Source: the human T2T-CHM13v2.0 reference genome, Homo sapiens. Taken from it: a stretch of DNA of 64,000 bases. Position 1 is the first letter of the stretch; the number at the start of each line of letters is the position of its first letter. The notes under the pieces are model-generated. The model had not been told where the DNA came from. It was given only the letters and a program-made list of their open reading frames with translations, and did no database searches. The translations under genes and the position numbers were made by a program. Positions 13,011 through 26,900 of this stretch are shown here, piece after piece. Location: the NCBI RefSeq assembly GCF_009914755.1, contig NC_060929.1; one strand, written 5' to 3'.

Positions 13011-14459
13011 ATCTTCATAGAATTGTTCTGCAATCTACACTTCACCCACCTTTACTTGTTATAGCCTCTGATGTTCTCTGTGGATCAGAACTCTAGTCGC
13101 AGATTGCTAAATTTTTCTGAGCTCCTTATGGACCACCTCTCTTTGTAGTTTTGTTAACCAAGCTTGACTAATTTTGCCTTCCTAACTCCTGTCAGACTCT
13201 GACACTATTTCCATACATTGCTCTGAAACACCGATTTTTACCCCTTTTGGATGGGGTCCTTAAGGTTATTCCAATTCTGCCTTCCATATTGTCCACCTAA
13301 CCCACAGGAAATCCATGAATTGATAAACAAATACAAATATATCCCTAACCCACTACACTTTTGTCTTTTTATTGGCCCAGACAACACTCTAGGTACCCCT
13401 GCCCTCTTAGTCATGGAGTATGGGTTCATATAAGCAATTATCTTGCCCAATTAGACCCTTCTGAGAAATGCCATTTGTGTCCCCTTGTAGGAAATCCAAT
13501 CTGTGTGTATGATTCTCTTTGAATTCTACTTAAATATGCAGATTCAAGGAATAGACAAACTTCTTGGCATAAATACTGCAATCCCCTCTCCAAAATTCCT
13601 ACATAGATTGTTTCAGGAATGCCATGGAATGACAAGCAATCATGCAGCATTTTAACAAGCCCCAGATAAGCTGAAATGATTCAATTTATGGTTGATTTCA
13701 TAGAACATGAGGTTCTAAGTGCATCTTGATTTTAACTGTAAGCTCTAATTCCAATACCAAAGAAAGTTCTACTTAACTTCCAGTAACAAGTTATACATAT
13801 AAAACCAATCTAAAATGTTGATAAATTACAGTGGGATTATACACGAACATTGTTTAGAGGGAATACGCATTTCAATATCCTCAGTGTCATCATAATTTGC
13901 AGTATAAACCCTTCCTAATTTTCAGGGTTCCACCCTTTCCTTATTAATGCTTCAATTTAACATTATAGGTACTGCATGCTAATAAATTTAATTCACATTG
14001 TATTGAAACCACCAATATTTTTGTCTTTGGTTTGAATTTCTAGAAATCTCTGTCTTGTGGCTATAGGAGATTAGATTTTTTTTCAAGGTAGTCATAGTAG
14101 ATTTCTGGTCTCTAATGTGTACCTTCACCTGAGAATTTTCTGTGACCTGCAAATTTTTTCTCTATGTTGCTAAGTGTTCTTAGAAGCAATCCTCCAACTC
14201 CTTTATACAATTTATTTTCACTAGTCTATTATGTCAGAAACTACTTAATGTTTAACTTTACTTTCAGCATGCACTTGATTACAAGTATCTACAGAGGATA
14301 ATTTAAGTAACCGTTTTTCCACTGTTTGCCATGGGCCTCCAATGACCCTTTAAATACTGATGATAGAGACATCATTGTCTTTAAATGTAATCAGATATGA
14401 ATACAAAGTAGAGATTCTTATCCTGAACTTTCAGTCCTCTGGAATAATTTGTGATATCA

Positions 14460-14870
14460 AAAACTATTTCAGTCAGGACTGAATCAAGGAAGTAGCACAA
14501 TTTTTCTTCCTTATCTGGCAGTTGGCCTGAGGGAACTCGTGATCCAGAGTTGGCACTTGGAAGGAAGAGCTAGACACAGAATGGTTGAGAACCAACGTGA
14601 ACCTTCAGGTATCTATTTGTTATCTATCACCATGAAGGGGAACAAAGACAACCTGAAAACTGACAGCAGCTCTGAATTTCTCTCTTGGCTCGTCTGACCA
14701 CAATGGCCTTCAGAAACTAGTGATTACTGCTTTATTTCTGCCCTCCAAATTTCATGCAATTCTCTCTCTTTTTTTTTTTTTCCAAACTCTCAGGGGGAAA
14801 CAGGCAGGGAAGGGCATTCCTGGAGAAGCAGTTCCAGATTATCCTAGTTGACATGGTGTAAAACTGTGAG
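14460..14870. mobile_element. Ancient LTR (LTR78/79-like)
   Basis: 'ctgccctccaaatttcatgcaa...cagggaagggcattcctggagaagcagttccag...agttgacatgg' resembles an old LTR terminus. Confidence 0.4.
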
Positions 14871-17625
14871 AGCTAAACAATTCATAACAATATCCATTGT
14901 AATTTTTTCAATAAATCCATAAGATATCAATATTAGTAAATTAATCTTTCCAGTAGATGGTTTAGTATAGGGTTACTTTCTTTGGTTTCTATGTTGTCTG
15001 AATATTTATATTCATGATACAACTAGATGTACAGTTGTTCAATTTGGGGTGGGGTGATGCATAGGAAAAGAGGACTTAAAACTTGAAATCAGATTTAACA
15101 AGGAAACTAAGTAAGAAACTATGTATGAAAAAATAATCTTTTCAATACAATAAGGTCAACTGCAGGCATAAGCAGAAATTGTAGTTTACAATGTTCACCT
15201 AATAAAAGGAAGCAAAGAGCTGAATTGAGATTTACCCTAGCAATTCTAATCTGCTTACATTTTCAAGAATTGCTGACATCTAATCAGAAAGCTTGAGGAT
15301 TATTATATTTAGAAAAATATGCTTACATAACATATAATCTTCTATCCTGTTTTATGAGTAAGATTTTTTTGCATGAAACATATCTTTGTATCTGTATGGT
15401 TAATCTTTTGATGAAATCATAAAACACTTTTCACAGCAAGAAATTATGTCAAAGTCACTCTTTATTTTACACTGGTTAAGGCATAAATATAAGGATTTAA
15501 ACATTTCTCAGAATACCAAGTTTCTTATGTTCAAGTTGATCTTTATCAGGGTTTTTTGATAGTGCATATTATGACAGTAGAACTGGTTTTAAATTCTTAA
15601 GAAAATACCTGAAATAAGGAAATGTAGAATCAATCGTCCATTTGTGGAGTGGGTGAAATTTCCTTTATCTTTCAAATAACTGAGAAAACTCCATGGTGTA
15701 TAGATAGTAAATCAAATTTTCAATAATTTAAGTGCCTTCTAATTTTAAAACCTATACATTTATCTGGTACTAGAAAACAGCATCTTTTAGCCAATTATTT
15801 TTACTTTACATTGTTTTTTAAGCTTTGGGCTTTTCAAAAGACTTGATGTCCATTATTTTAGTCACATGTTTTTGTACATAATGAAAGGTGTATGAGCATA
15901 CGTGTTCTAGATTATCTGACGATATTCTCAGTACCTACACAGTCAAATGCAGTAAAAAATTGACTTAAATTTTCCATTTAATGGGTCCATTCTAATATGC
16001 TGAATTTATCAACCCAATGTTTATGGCATATTCTTTCTCATTAATTAGTTTTTCTTTTTCTATACAACTAGCACACTGGCTAATTTCAAGCAGTTAATTA
16101 ATACTTGATGAATGGATTAATAAGTGAATGATTGACATAATCTAGAGCATCCACAGAGTTTTTAAATAACTGTTGTTAACCAAAAAGAGTCTTGGAAAAT
16201 ATTTTGTCTTAAAATTAAGGCCAGTGGACCTGTGTTATTTTTTATTCTTGTAAATATCCTATTCCTAATTGTTTTTTGAATCTAAGAATTAGTTCTTGCA
16301 TGGACTTGTAAGTTTTAATTATGCAACTTTTCTGTGAAACAGGTAAGAATGCTAAAAATGCCACCTATGACAAATTAATTCTTCTCAACCTTTCATTACA
16401 GTAATGTCATAGTCAAAAAGGAACTTAGAAATCACCCAACCCAATCCTATTCTCTTTGTATAAAATCTGTGATCTCATCCATTTAATATTTCCAGTTCTG
16501 AGTTTATTTTTTCTACTTTTATATGCATTCCAGTGTCCTGTACCCAGTTGAGACAGAGCCACTGATTAATATATTCACATTAATATAATATTTTTAATGT
16601 TTTAGAATATAATCACATTTATACAATGTCAATTTATCTGGAGAGATGTGTGGACTTTTTATTGTACAATTCAATAAAAATATTTGATGCCACTATGTTA
16701 ATAATTCTATGGCAAATCTAAGGTTTTCACATAAGGGGGCAAGCACACAGTAGTGATTTTCTTTTTATATTTTAATATGTAAAGTAACAAGAACAACTAT
16801 TTCAAAAGAGTTTTTTTAAAAAACTCTTAAAAAAGCAGTACTTCATTTCAAAGTTTGAAGTCTCTACGTTTTCTGAAATAACGTCAGTGTTCCTTCCTAT
16901 TTCTACAGTATGGTCTATAAGGTTAGATTTGTAGTATCTGATCAACTTTGGATGTCAAGATAGGAAATAATCCATCTCTTGTGTGTGTATAACAACATGT
17001 ACTTCTGCAATAGGAAATAACTCTATAAAGAACAGTTTATATTTTTACATACATCACAATGGCTGAAAGCTTTACCAGTTTCTTAGTCAAAGTGGGTTTG
17101 ATTAAAAGTCTCAGTCCTTCTGCTAGCGGCTCACCAAATTTTCTGGAACAATATTATTTTACTTTAGTTTGTGTTGTCTTTTCTGACCTTTCTCAAATTA
17201 GAGAGAGTAATATCTATTTTTAGATAAATCTATGTAAAACCAATTCTGATTCAGGTTTGTTAAATGTTGAAAGTGGTTGGTAATTTTTAAAAACTCATCT
17301 ATAAGTGCTATAAGTCAAGTAAATCCTTATAAGCTCTACAAGGTGTACATGGAAGGATGTTTCTGACATTAAAAAGAAACTAGTGAGATGGAAGACTATG
17401 CTTTATTTAGGGGTTTAAGATTAAATTTAATATTATTCTGTATTAATCTGTACAAACTTGCAACTCCTACATTGAGTACTGCAAGGATAGAATCTACAGA
17501 AAAAAAGTACATATTTAAGTAAATGCTATTTTTATTGTTTGTAAGTAAAATAATTTCATGAACAAAACATATAAAATTTAATACCACAGACCCACATAAG
17601 CATAATTTAGTTTATGGAGAAATAT

Positions 17626-17626
<1 letters not shown>

Positions 17627-17662
<36 letters not shown>

Positions 17663-17726
17663 CACATAGACACAAACACACACACACACAAACACACACA
17701 CACATACACACACACACATATATATA
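17627..17726. repeat. Compound (CA)n/(TA)n microsatellite
   Basis: Several (ca)n runs ending in (ta)n. Confidence 0.95.
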
Positions 17727-17779
17727 TTTCTCATATCATAACCATGTATAATGTTTCCTAGTCCTATGAATTTGTTTAG

Positions 17780-18380
17780 TAATGACATATGCTTATTAGT
17801 TGACTAATTTGTGCCTAGGATCATTGCAGGTCCTGAGAATGTAGCAGTCTATTAGTGATCCATTCTGCTATAGCGAAGTACCAAAAACTTAATGACTTAC
17901 AAGGGGCCAAATTTCCTATCGTATAGTGCTAGAGGTCAGAAGTCCAAAATGGGTTTCTCTGATCTAAAAATCAAAGATCATTCTGAAAGCATTAGTGGAG
18001 AATCCATTTCCTCACATTTTCGGACTTTTAGAGGCTTCCTCTACACCTTGGCTCATTGCTCCTTCCATTCCTTCAAAGACAGCAATTTAGCATCTTCAAA
18101 TCTCTTTCTGATACTGAACAACTTGGTCTTTTTCTTTCACATATAATTTCATTTCTTCCATTTGGATAATCCTGGATAATCTTCACACCCCAAGATCTTT
18201 AATCACATCTGCAAAGTCCTTTTGGCCTTGTTAGGAAGCACATTCACAGCTTCCTTGGCTGAGGATGTGGACATTCTTTGGGGACTTCTATTTTGCCTGC
18301 TAGAAGTGGTAAATAAAACAGACTAAACCCTCTATGTTCATAAGAGTATATTTTAGTGAGAAAGGTAGACAAAAAACAAA
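17780..18380 (-). mobile_element. L2 3' fragment, split by MLT1D
   Basis: 'tgtgcctaggatcattgcaggtcctgagaatgtagcag' resumes after the LTR as 'gtaaataaaacagactaaaccctct...ttttagtgag'. Confidence 0.55.
17848..18304 (-). mobile_element. MLT1D-like LTR
   Basis: 'gaggtcagaagtccaaaatgggtttc', 'ggagaatccatttcct', 'aatcacatctgcaaagtcctttt'. Confidence 0.8.
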
Positions 18381-18635
18381 CCCATAATTTGTCCTCTTTT
18401 GTATTCCTACAATTTATTTGTATCATTATTTTATTTATAGTTTTCTCAAGGAATTATCTATATTATTGCCCTCCTCAACCACTCAATTTTTACCTTTGTA
18501 AACACACTCAATTTCATACACTTATGTTCATGTATATTTCTCTCTCCTTCTACTTTATTTGGTTTAATTTTCCTATTATTTTCAAAACTTCATAATATGT
18601 ATGTTTAGCTTAACCATTACTAGTCTTCTTTATTT

Positions 18636-18953
18636 TGTTTTATTTTTAAAAATCTATTTCTTTAGAGACAAAGTCTCATTCTGTTACCCAGTTGGGAATG
18701 CAGTGGCACATTCTTGCCTCACTGTAGCCTCGAACTCCTAGGTGCAAGTAAGTCTTTCATCTCAGCCTCCTGAGTAGCTGGGACTGAAGGTGCACATCAC
18801 TGTGTAGGAATACTTTTAGTTATTAGTCATTTTTGTAGAGAAGGGGTCTCATTTTGGCTCCCAGGCTAGTCAGGGACTCCTGGCTTGAAGAGATCCTCCC
18901 AACTCAGCCTCCCAAAATGCTGGGATTACAGGTGTGAACCACCACTCCCCGCC
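18636..18953 (-). mobile_element. AluJ
   Basis: Diverged dimer with J diagnostics (cactgtagcctcgaactcc); TSD ttctttattt. Confidence 0.9.
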
Positions 18954-19162
18954 TTCTTTATTTATATAAACTTTCAGTGTTAAAATTTGCCCCACAAGTA
19001 CAGGTTTTATGGTATTCCACTATTTTCAAATATCATCTTTTTCTATTTAATTAGAATAAAACATTTGTTTAATTTTTCCTTGGATCATAACATAGTAAAA
19101 GTTTTGTTTGTGTCTGTGTGTGTGTCAGCAATTTCCAAGGGTTGCTATAATTTTCTTTAACG

Positions 19163-19422
19163 TTTTTTATTGTAGTAAAATACTTGTGACATAAAATTTA
19201 CCACTTTAAATGTTTTTAACTGTGCAATTCAGTGGCATTAGTACATTCAGAGTGTTGTCTAACTACCATCACTATCCATTTCCCCTCCCCTTAGGAATCC
19301 CTGTTCTACTTCATATCTCTCTGAATTTGCCTATTCTAGTTACCTCATTTAGGTAGAATCACACAATGTTTGTCCTTTAGTGTCTAGCTTCCTTCAGTTT
19401 TTATAATAATTTCAAGGTTCAA
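19163..19422 (-). mobile_element. L1MB 3' end fragment
   Basis: 'tattgtagtaaaatac...acataaaatttaccactttaa...caattcagtggcatta'. Confidence 0.8.
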
Positions 19423-19939
19423 TTAAAAAACTTGATTGAATTATGTTTAAATATCCTTGATCTGTTACAGTACCACTCATAAAATACTTTGAGATAAGCC
19501 TTTGTTTAGCACTTAGTCATTTTGTTTAGTATAACCCCTGGGTGTTTATGAGAAATATGATTTTCCTAATAGTGGGGATAGACTAAATTGTAATTGTATT
19601 TTTCAAATATTCCATACCCTTACTATATTTTGGCCTTCAGAGAAAGAAATAGAGCATGCGTACTGCAGCAAAGCTATAAAGATTAAATGCAACCATTTCA
19701 TGACTTATGGAAAAGAGCAAGGAAGGAGATACTAATATAACACCAAACTTTTAAGAAATATAATCAGAATTCAGAGAGAATTGTGCAATTATTTAAAACT
19801 GTGCTAATTGGACCATATTTTATTTTTCACAGAATCTGTCTCAGATTGCTCTCCTTAAACTCCTACCCTTTTCTCAGATGTAATTTAATGTATAAAGGCA
19901 CATAAACACAAACATTAGATGATAAGATCACTCTCCATC

Positions 19940-20313
19940 TGATATGGTTTGGCTTTGCATCCCCACCTAAATCTCATCTTGAATTATAGTTCCCATAATC
20001 CCCACGTGTCATTGGAGAGACCTGGTGGGAGGTAATTGAATAATGGGCAGTTTCGCCCAGGCTATTCTTGTGTGACAGTGAGTGAGTCTCACGAGATCTG
20101 ATAGTTTTATAAGGAGCATCCCCCTTTGCTTGGCACTTCTCTCTCCTGATGCCATGTGTAGAAGGATATGTTTGCTTGCCCCTTCTGCCATGATTGTAAG
20201 TCTCCTAAGGCCTCCCCAGCCATGCAGAACTCTGAGTTAATTAAACCTCTTTCCTTTATAAATTACCCAGTCTCGGGTATTTCTTTATAGCAGTGTGAGA
20301 ACAGACTAATACA
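19940..20313 (+). mobile_element. THE1D-like solo LTR
   Basis: tgatatggtttggc...gactaataca; TSD ccatc at 19935-19939 and 20314-20318. Confidence 0.93.
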
Positions 20314-20644
20314 CCATCTTTCTCCAATATATTCTGATTTTATGCATACATACACAAGCACACACATACACATGTGTACAAACATAGACACATACAAAAA
20401 TATATGGATACCTATTTTATGAAATAACTGCTTTGTAAATCTGTCTTCAAATATAAATTAGAATTCTAGTTTGCCCATTTCACTTGTGTCTGTCTATGTC
20501 TAATTAAATTACATAAGCTTTGTTTTACTAAATGAAGACTGAGGAAAACTACGCATTAAATGTAGATACATTTGAAAAGCTCTAAACTTGAATCCTGATT
20601 CTAGCACTCCTTTCCTCTCTGACATTGATGTGGCTTATATTATC

Positions 20645-21570
20645 CTGGTAGGCAGTATAATGCTTCTGCCGAAGATATCATTGCCCTAATACTCAGAAAT
20701 TGTGAATCTGTCATATTATATGGCATAAATATATTTGCACATATAATCAAAATCATAGACCTTAAAATAGGGAGATTGTCTTGGATTAACTAGGTGGGTC
20801 CATCTACTCACATGAGAGCTTACAAGCAGAGAACTCTCTCTGGCAAGAGAGATGTAGCAGAAGGAGATCAGAGATTCTAAGGGTGAAAAGGATTCAGTGT
20901 ACCCTTGCTGGCTATGAGATATAGGTTCCCACATTCAAGGACAAGATAGAAACCTCTTGGAGCTAGACCATCTGCCAGCTGACAGATAACAGGAAACGAA
21001 ATGTCCTAAAACTGCAAGGACCTAGATTCGGTCAACAACCTGGGCAAGTTAGAAGCACAATTTTCCCAGAGTATCCTGAGAAAAGTCTAGTTAGCTTGAT
21101 TTTGGCTTTATCAAATTCAGAGCAGAGAAATCAGTAAAGCCAGCTAGAACTTCTAATATATAAAACTGTGAGATACAGAATTTGTGGGGTTTGTTTGTTT
21201 TTGTTTGTTTGTTCATTTGTTTGTTTTTTGAGACAGAGTCTCGCTCTGTCATCCAGGCTGGAGTGCAGTGGCGTGATCTGAGCTCACTGCAACCGCTGCC
21301 TCCTGGGTTGAAGTGACTCTCCTGCCTCAGCCTCCTGAGTAGCTGGAATTACAGGCGTGCACCACCATGCCTGGCTAATTTTGTATTTTTGGTAGAGACA
21401 GGATTTCACCATGATGGTCACGTTGGTATTGAACTCTTGACCTCATGATCCGCCCGACTCGGCCTCCCAAAGTGCTGGGATTACAGGCATGACCCACCAC
21501 ACCTGGCTGTGTTGTTTTAAGCCACAAAATTTGTGCCTATTTGGTATGGCAGCAATAAAAAGCAAGTACA
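20645..21570 (+). mobile_element. MLT1E-like LTR interrupted by an Alu
   Basis: 'gaccttaaaatagggagattgtcttggatta', 'gccagctgacag', ends 'gttgttttaagccac...ggcagcaataaaaagcaagtaca'. Confidence 0.8.
21188..21508 (-). mobile_element. Alu, AluSg-like, with (tttg)n tail
   Basis: Full dimer; 'gacctcatgatccgccc'. Confidence 0.93.
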
Positions 21571-22108
21571 ATTATCTTTTTCAACTCAAACATGAGTCTC
21601 TAGACAACTAGAGAAAATAATGCTATGTCCCAAGTGTGTGTATGTCGTAGGTATTCAAAGTGATTAATAAGTAATTTTTGACATGTATTTTAAATTTAAA
21701 CTGTGATTATATAAATCACATTTTTCCCCTTTATGTATGTGTGTACAAATGTGCACACCCATGTGTATAACACATTGATCATATTTAATTACCTTTGGGA
21801 AAAGCAGCTACCATCTGATTACTTAATACTTTCACTGACATATACAGATCCAATACAGGGAAGTGTTACAGTGGAAAGTTCCTGATACAAAAGACAACGA
21901 TGAGGGTAAGTATCATTGCCTGATTCTAAGAAATAGAGGTATGCTACTCCAAAGGCAGACAGAAATGCTATCAAATTTGCTATATTTCATTAAAATACTA
22001 TACCTTTCTATGCAATCATCTAGTTAATTTTTTAGCAAAACATGTAAGAATGTTCTTACATAGTACATGAAATAAGAGATGCTCTATTGTTATTCATAAA
22101 TAGATAAA

Positions 22109-22235
22109 AAGAGAGATGTGGCAGAAGGAGATCAGAGACTCTAAGTGTGAGAAGGATTCAATGCGCTTTTGCTAGCTATGGGATACAGGTTCCCACATTC
22201 AATGACAAGAGAGAAACCTTTTGGTTTCTCTTGTC
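22109..22235 (+). repeat. Local ~116-bp copy of MLT1E segment 20845-20960 plus fold-back tail
   Basis: About 15 mismatches in 116 bp by hand alignment; followed by the inverted repeat gacaagagagaaacc-tttt-ggtttctcttgtc. Confidence 0.9.
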
Positions 22236-23879
22236 CTCTGAGATTTTTTAAATGTTGGTTTTAAATGAAAATATAATTAACACTTTATTTGGTATTATAG
22301 GATTTTCAAATGGATATAAAATTTATATTCAACACTTTAAAATTATAATTGAATGATTTCATGTTTCTGTGGAAAATATGACAGAAGAGAGATCATGTGG
22401 CTTGTAATAGATTTTAGATGAGCCCAATGGTTCAATATTATTTTCATAGTTTGATTTTTTTTAAAGCAAGAATGAACATGGTTTTCATTTTTAAAGGATG
22501 ATTATATTTTCTTTCTTGGAAATTAAATTGTTTTGAGAATGTTATAGCAAACAGAGTTGAGAATGTTGTAGTAAAATAAGAGATAGTATTTATATGTAGT
22601 CATGCCATTCAGGTATAGAATGTTTTTATCTATTGATTTACTGTAAATTAGACAATAAATTGTATATTACTTGGTAGTATTATTCTTTCATTTTCTGTTG
22701 CTGCATATGGCACCGTCGAATAATGGAAAATTTGCCTGAGACTTTCCATTAATCCCTCACTGCCCAGATAATGTAATACTTGATTCTGAAATAATATAAA
22801 TTTTATTTTATTTCAAAAAATCATTGCAAAATATTTTAATAAAAATATTTCAATACAAAGTTTTAAGTAATACAGTTTATTTTGATTCAATTAGTTTTGA
22901 AATTATCAAATAAAAAGATTTGGGGAATAAATAATTTCACTTTCTCTGTGCTTTCTTCCACTCTTTACATCCAATAATCTCACCTTAAATTTGAATTTAG
23001 TGGAAAGTGTTCATAGAATCCTCCCATAGTCTATGCTTAAGGAAGAATGAGTAAAAGTCCTTGTATGTTAACAATTTTCATCAAACATACTGGAGACAGC
23101 ATGCCCCTCCTACCAGAATTTTTGCAGATTTTTGAACCTTTATAAACTTCTTGTTTATGAATTGTTGAATTGTTGAGGTTCTAGAGATATAGGCATCTGC
23201 TTTTAATCTCCTCTATATCTTTCCTGAAGCTATGTTAACAATTATAGGGGTAAATTGATGACTGAAGGAAAACAATCAGACACACACAAACACACATATA
23301 TGCTTTGCACGAAACACTGCATTCAAAAAGAAAACCTAATAAATCTACTTTTTTAATCTTTTGAACATTCAATAAATAATATTTTTCCCTTGTCAGAAGA
23401 AAAGTCTCAGAAATGTGAGAATTGGTTACTGAAAAAAAGAGGTCAAAATCTATATTAAGGTATTAAAATTCACATAAGGTGATTGATTTGACAAAATGAG
23501 AAGAAGACTAGCAAAAAAATGGACCAGAGGAGAAAATAATAGAAAATTTATATAGTATTTACTCTGCAAGCAAATATTTTTAATAACATATATGAATGAA
23601 ATGGATAACATAATTTATAACATGAATAAAATTTGCAGAAAGCACTTCATATATTTTGTTTATAATAATTAAAAGGAATATGCTACATATACCTCTAGAC
23701 ATATTTCCCTCTGTTTTTCCATTAGAATACTATGTGAAATGTAACATTCTCTTAATAACAAATAACAAATGTTCTCAATGCTTAAAATAATTTAAAAACC
23801 TAATAAAATATTCCAAATAAGTTAATAATATGCATAACACAAAACATTATGTATATTTTATGGCAGAGAACTTATACAT

Positions 23880-25100
23880 GTTTTATTAAAATATGTATAA
23901 AATTTTGTATAAAATATGTATAAAATATGTATAAAAATGTACAAAATATGTATAAAATATGTATAAAATTTACCTCTAGTAAAAAGCACAGATTTAAATT
24001 GTGTAATACTATGAGTTTTGAAAATGAGTATGCCTCATACAAGACTATCAACCTATAGAGCATTTATCATTCCAGAAATGTCCATTGTACCTTTCAAATC
24101 AATCCCACCAAAGGAAAACAAGACACTATTCTGATTTACATTTTCACAGATTAGTTTTCTCTGTTATAGAAATTTAGAAATCCAAGTAAGCAGGAAGACA
24201 TCATATACTGTTTAGAACTTCAGTTAGTTTGCAGAGAAATCTATTTTTGAAAATTGTTTATAATATTGCACATATAGGTATTCTTTTTATTTTCTGAGTA
24301 AGATTCCATTGTATGAATATATCACACTGTTTCTACCCATTCATCTTGGGTTGGATATTCTGTTTATAATTTTTGTTTTTTATCACTAAAAGTACTACAG
24401 ATATCTTATGAAAGTTGATGTGTAGTAATATATTTTAATTTCTCTTTGGTACATAGTTAGGAGTAAAATTTCTAGATTATACATGTTTAATTTTATGTGT
24501 ACATAATCAGATCATCTACTAATAAATGCAGTTTTACTTCTGGTATTCTGAAACGTATGCCTTTTCCCCTATCTATGAAATCTTTACCAAGCTCCAGACC
24601 ATGGGTTTTTTTTTCTAAATAACCTTGTAGAAATGTTACAGTTTTAATTATAATTTTTAAATCTATTAACCCATTCGAGTTCATTTTAGTATATGGTGTG
24701 AAAATGGCTGTCTTTGTGATGTTCTTCAATATTTTTAAAAATGTATATTCGATTGTCCTATTATCATTGAATAAGAAGAATATTCTTCTTCCATAAGTTT
24801 GCTCTGTCATCATTGCAAAAAAAGCAATTGACCATGTAAGTCAATGATAATCTATTCCTGAGCTGTCCTTGTACTATTGATCTTTAAAGATATCCCTTTG
24901 GCGATACCACACTGTCCTGATTACTATAGCTTTAAGGTCATTCTTAAAATGAGTGAGTATAAGTACTACAACTTTTTCTTCTTTAATTTTTTTTCTATTA
25001 TAGGTCACTTCAATACCTATATAAATATTATGATCAACCTATTAATTTCCACAAGTTACGTTTTAGAATTTTGATTGGGTTTCCTTTGAATAGATAGAGA
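23880..25100 (-). mobile_element. Old L1 (L1MC/MD/ME-like) 3' region
   Basis: 'gagcatttatcattccagaaatgtcc', 'attccattgtatgaatatatcacactgttt', 'ccacactgtcctgattactatagcttta'. Confidence 0.75.
23888..23969. repeat. 11-bp minisatellite (aaaatatgtat) x~7 at the L1 3' terminus
   Basis: Repeated aaaatatgtat units with minor variants. Confidence 0.9.
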
Positions 25101-25139
25101 TATATGTAGCTAGATTTGAGAACATTCTTTTCCTAAATA

Positions 25140-25430
25140 TTTAACTGTGAAAGATACTCCAGGAAATGTATTAGGTTTTAAGATTTAAAAAAATCCTTTA
25201 GGCTTTGAGGTGAAAATACCAAGTTACTTATTAAGGTTAGAAAATAAGTTTGGCATCACACACCTCAACAAAATAATGCAAGACAACAGTGGAGCAACAT
25301 TATAAAGAGACTCAAGAAAGATAGCATAAGCCAGAAATTCTGTATCTAAAATTATTTTCTTCAAATCTCTAGGTAATAGAAAAACTATTTTAATGATTCA
25401 ACAACCCAGGAAAATTCCTTTCTGAGGTTT
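25140..25430 (+). mobile_element. HAL1/L1ME ORF1-like fragment
   Basis: 'aagacaacagtggagcaac...ccagaaattctgtatc...ttcttcaaa' resembles the ORF1 C-terminal region. Confidence 0.5.
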
Positions 25431-25435
25431 TGAGG

Positions 25436-25656
25436 TAGTGCCTAACACAAACTTTTTGTTTTTTTAAGGCAAATAGCACAGATATTAGGCAATTCAGATC
25501 ATAAGACCTCTGCCACATCTATTAAATTCTGTTGTTAAAATGTAAAAGCTACCATAAAAGGTTGGTCAATGAATTGTCATGGCTGTGTTTTAATAAAACT
25601 TTATTTACAAAAACAGGAGGCTTACAATATTTCCATATATAGTTTGCTGATCCTCA
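25436..25656. mobile_element. MER58A (hAT-Charlie)
   Basis: 'catggctgtgttttaataaaactttatttacaaaaacagg' core; terminal tagtttgctgatcc. Confidence 0.8.
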
Positions 25657-25663
25657 TCTAGGG

Positions 25664-25844
25664 CAGCTATTATCAACATATTGTTCTTAGATCATGCTCA
25701 TCAGTAACACCTAGGAACTTGAGGGAAATTTGCACTACCTCTTCCAGACCTACTAGATCAGAAATTTTGAGGAAAGTATTCAGCAATCTGTGTGTCAGGG
25801 ACCTACAGGTGATCTTTATGCATTCTGAAGTTTGAGAACCACTA
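25664..25844. mobile_element. MER5A (hAT-Charlie)
   Basis: 'ccagacctactagatcagaaa', 'cagcaatctgtgt', 'aggtgat...aagtttgagaaccact'. Confidence 0.8.
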
Positions 25845-26519
25845 ATCCTGAAGATCAGTGTTATTCTAACGGGTTGACTGAAGGAATATTAGCAAAATGA
25901 CACCTGGTGACCAATGAATACAGAGGAATTTGAAGTCTTCTGTGCACTATGGTAAATGAGAAAACAAAGCCCAGATCCAGCATAAGTACAATGTAGATTG
26001 ACTAAATTTCTTCATTAACCAGATAACTGAAAAAGGGCATATCTACTTTGGATGTAAATGTTTATTTTAGCTTTTACTATTCTTTGATATACAATGTCTG
26101 ATATTAAATTTTATAACTCATTTAAAAAGTCAAGAAATTATGTTAATGAAAATAGTGGAAAATTGAACATGTTTGCACAGTTGGAAAAATCCAGCATAGA
26201 GACAGAAGTCACATAAAAGAGACAAATGAAAATGTACTCATAAGAACTTTATTTTTATATAAACCAAATCAGTTTTCAACATAATTGTACCAATTACATA
26301 TTTTTGCCAAGAATGTCTGAGATTTACTGGTTTGACATTCCTGGAAACACTTGGTTTTGCCAGGGTATAAACGTATTTATTTATATGAAAATTTACTGTC
26401 ATCTCTCTTCTATGAAGGAATTCATCCTTTTGGGAAAATGGGTTATACAATAAAGTATTATAATCCTGGGGAATAATAGTGTAATATGTATTAGTCAAAA
26501 AGCCCTTGTATTGACTTTA

Positions 26520-26900
<381 letters not shown>

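Noticed and set aside
13010-14450. Minus-strand peptide FHGIPETIY...ERGLQY resembling an integrase motif
   Set aside because: Flanking integrase motifs could not be found in register; may be old ERV internal sequence but unsupported
23888-23969. Tandem arrays as CRISPR-like repeats
   Set aside because: No spacers; primate DNA; ordinary minisatellite
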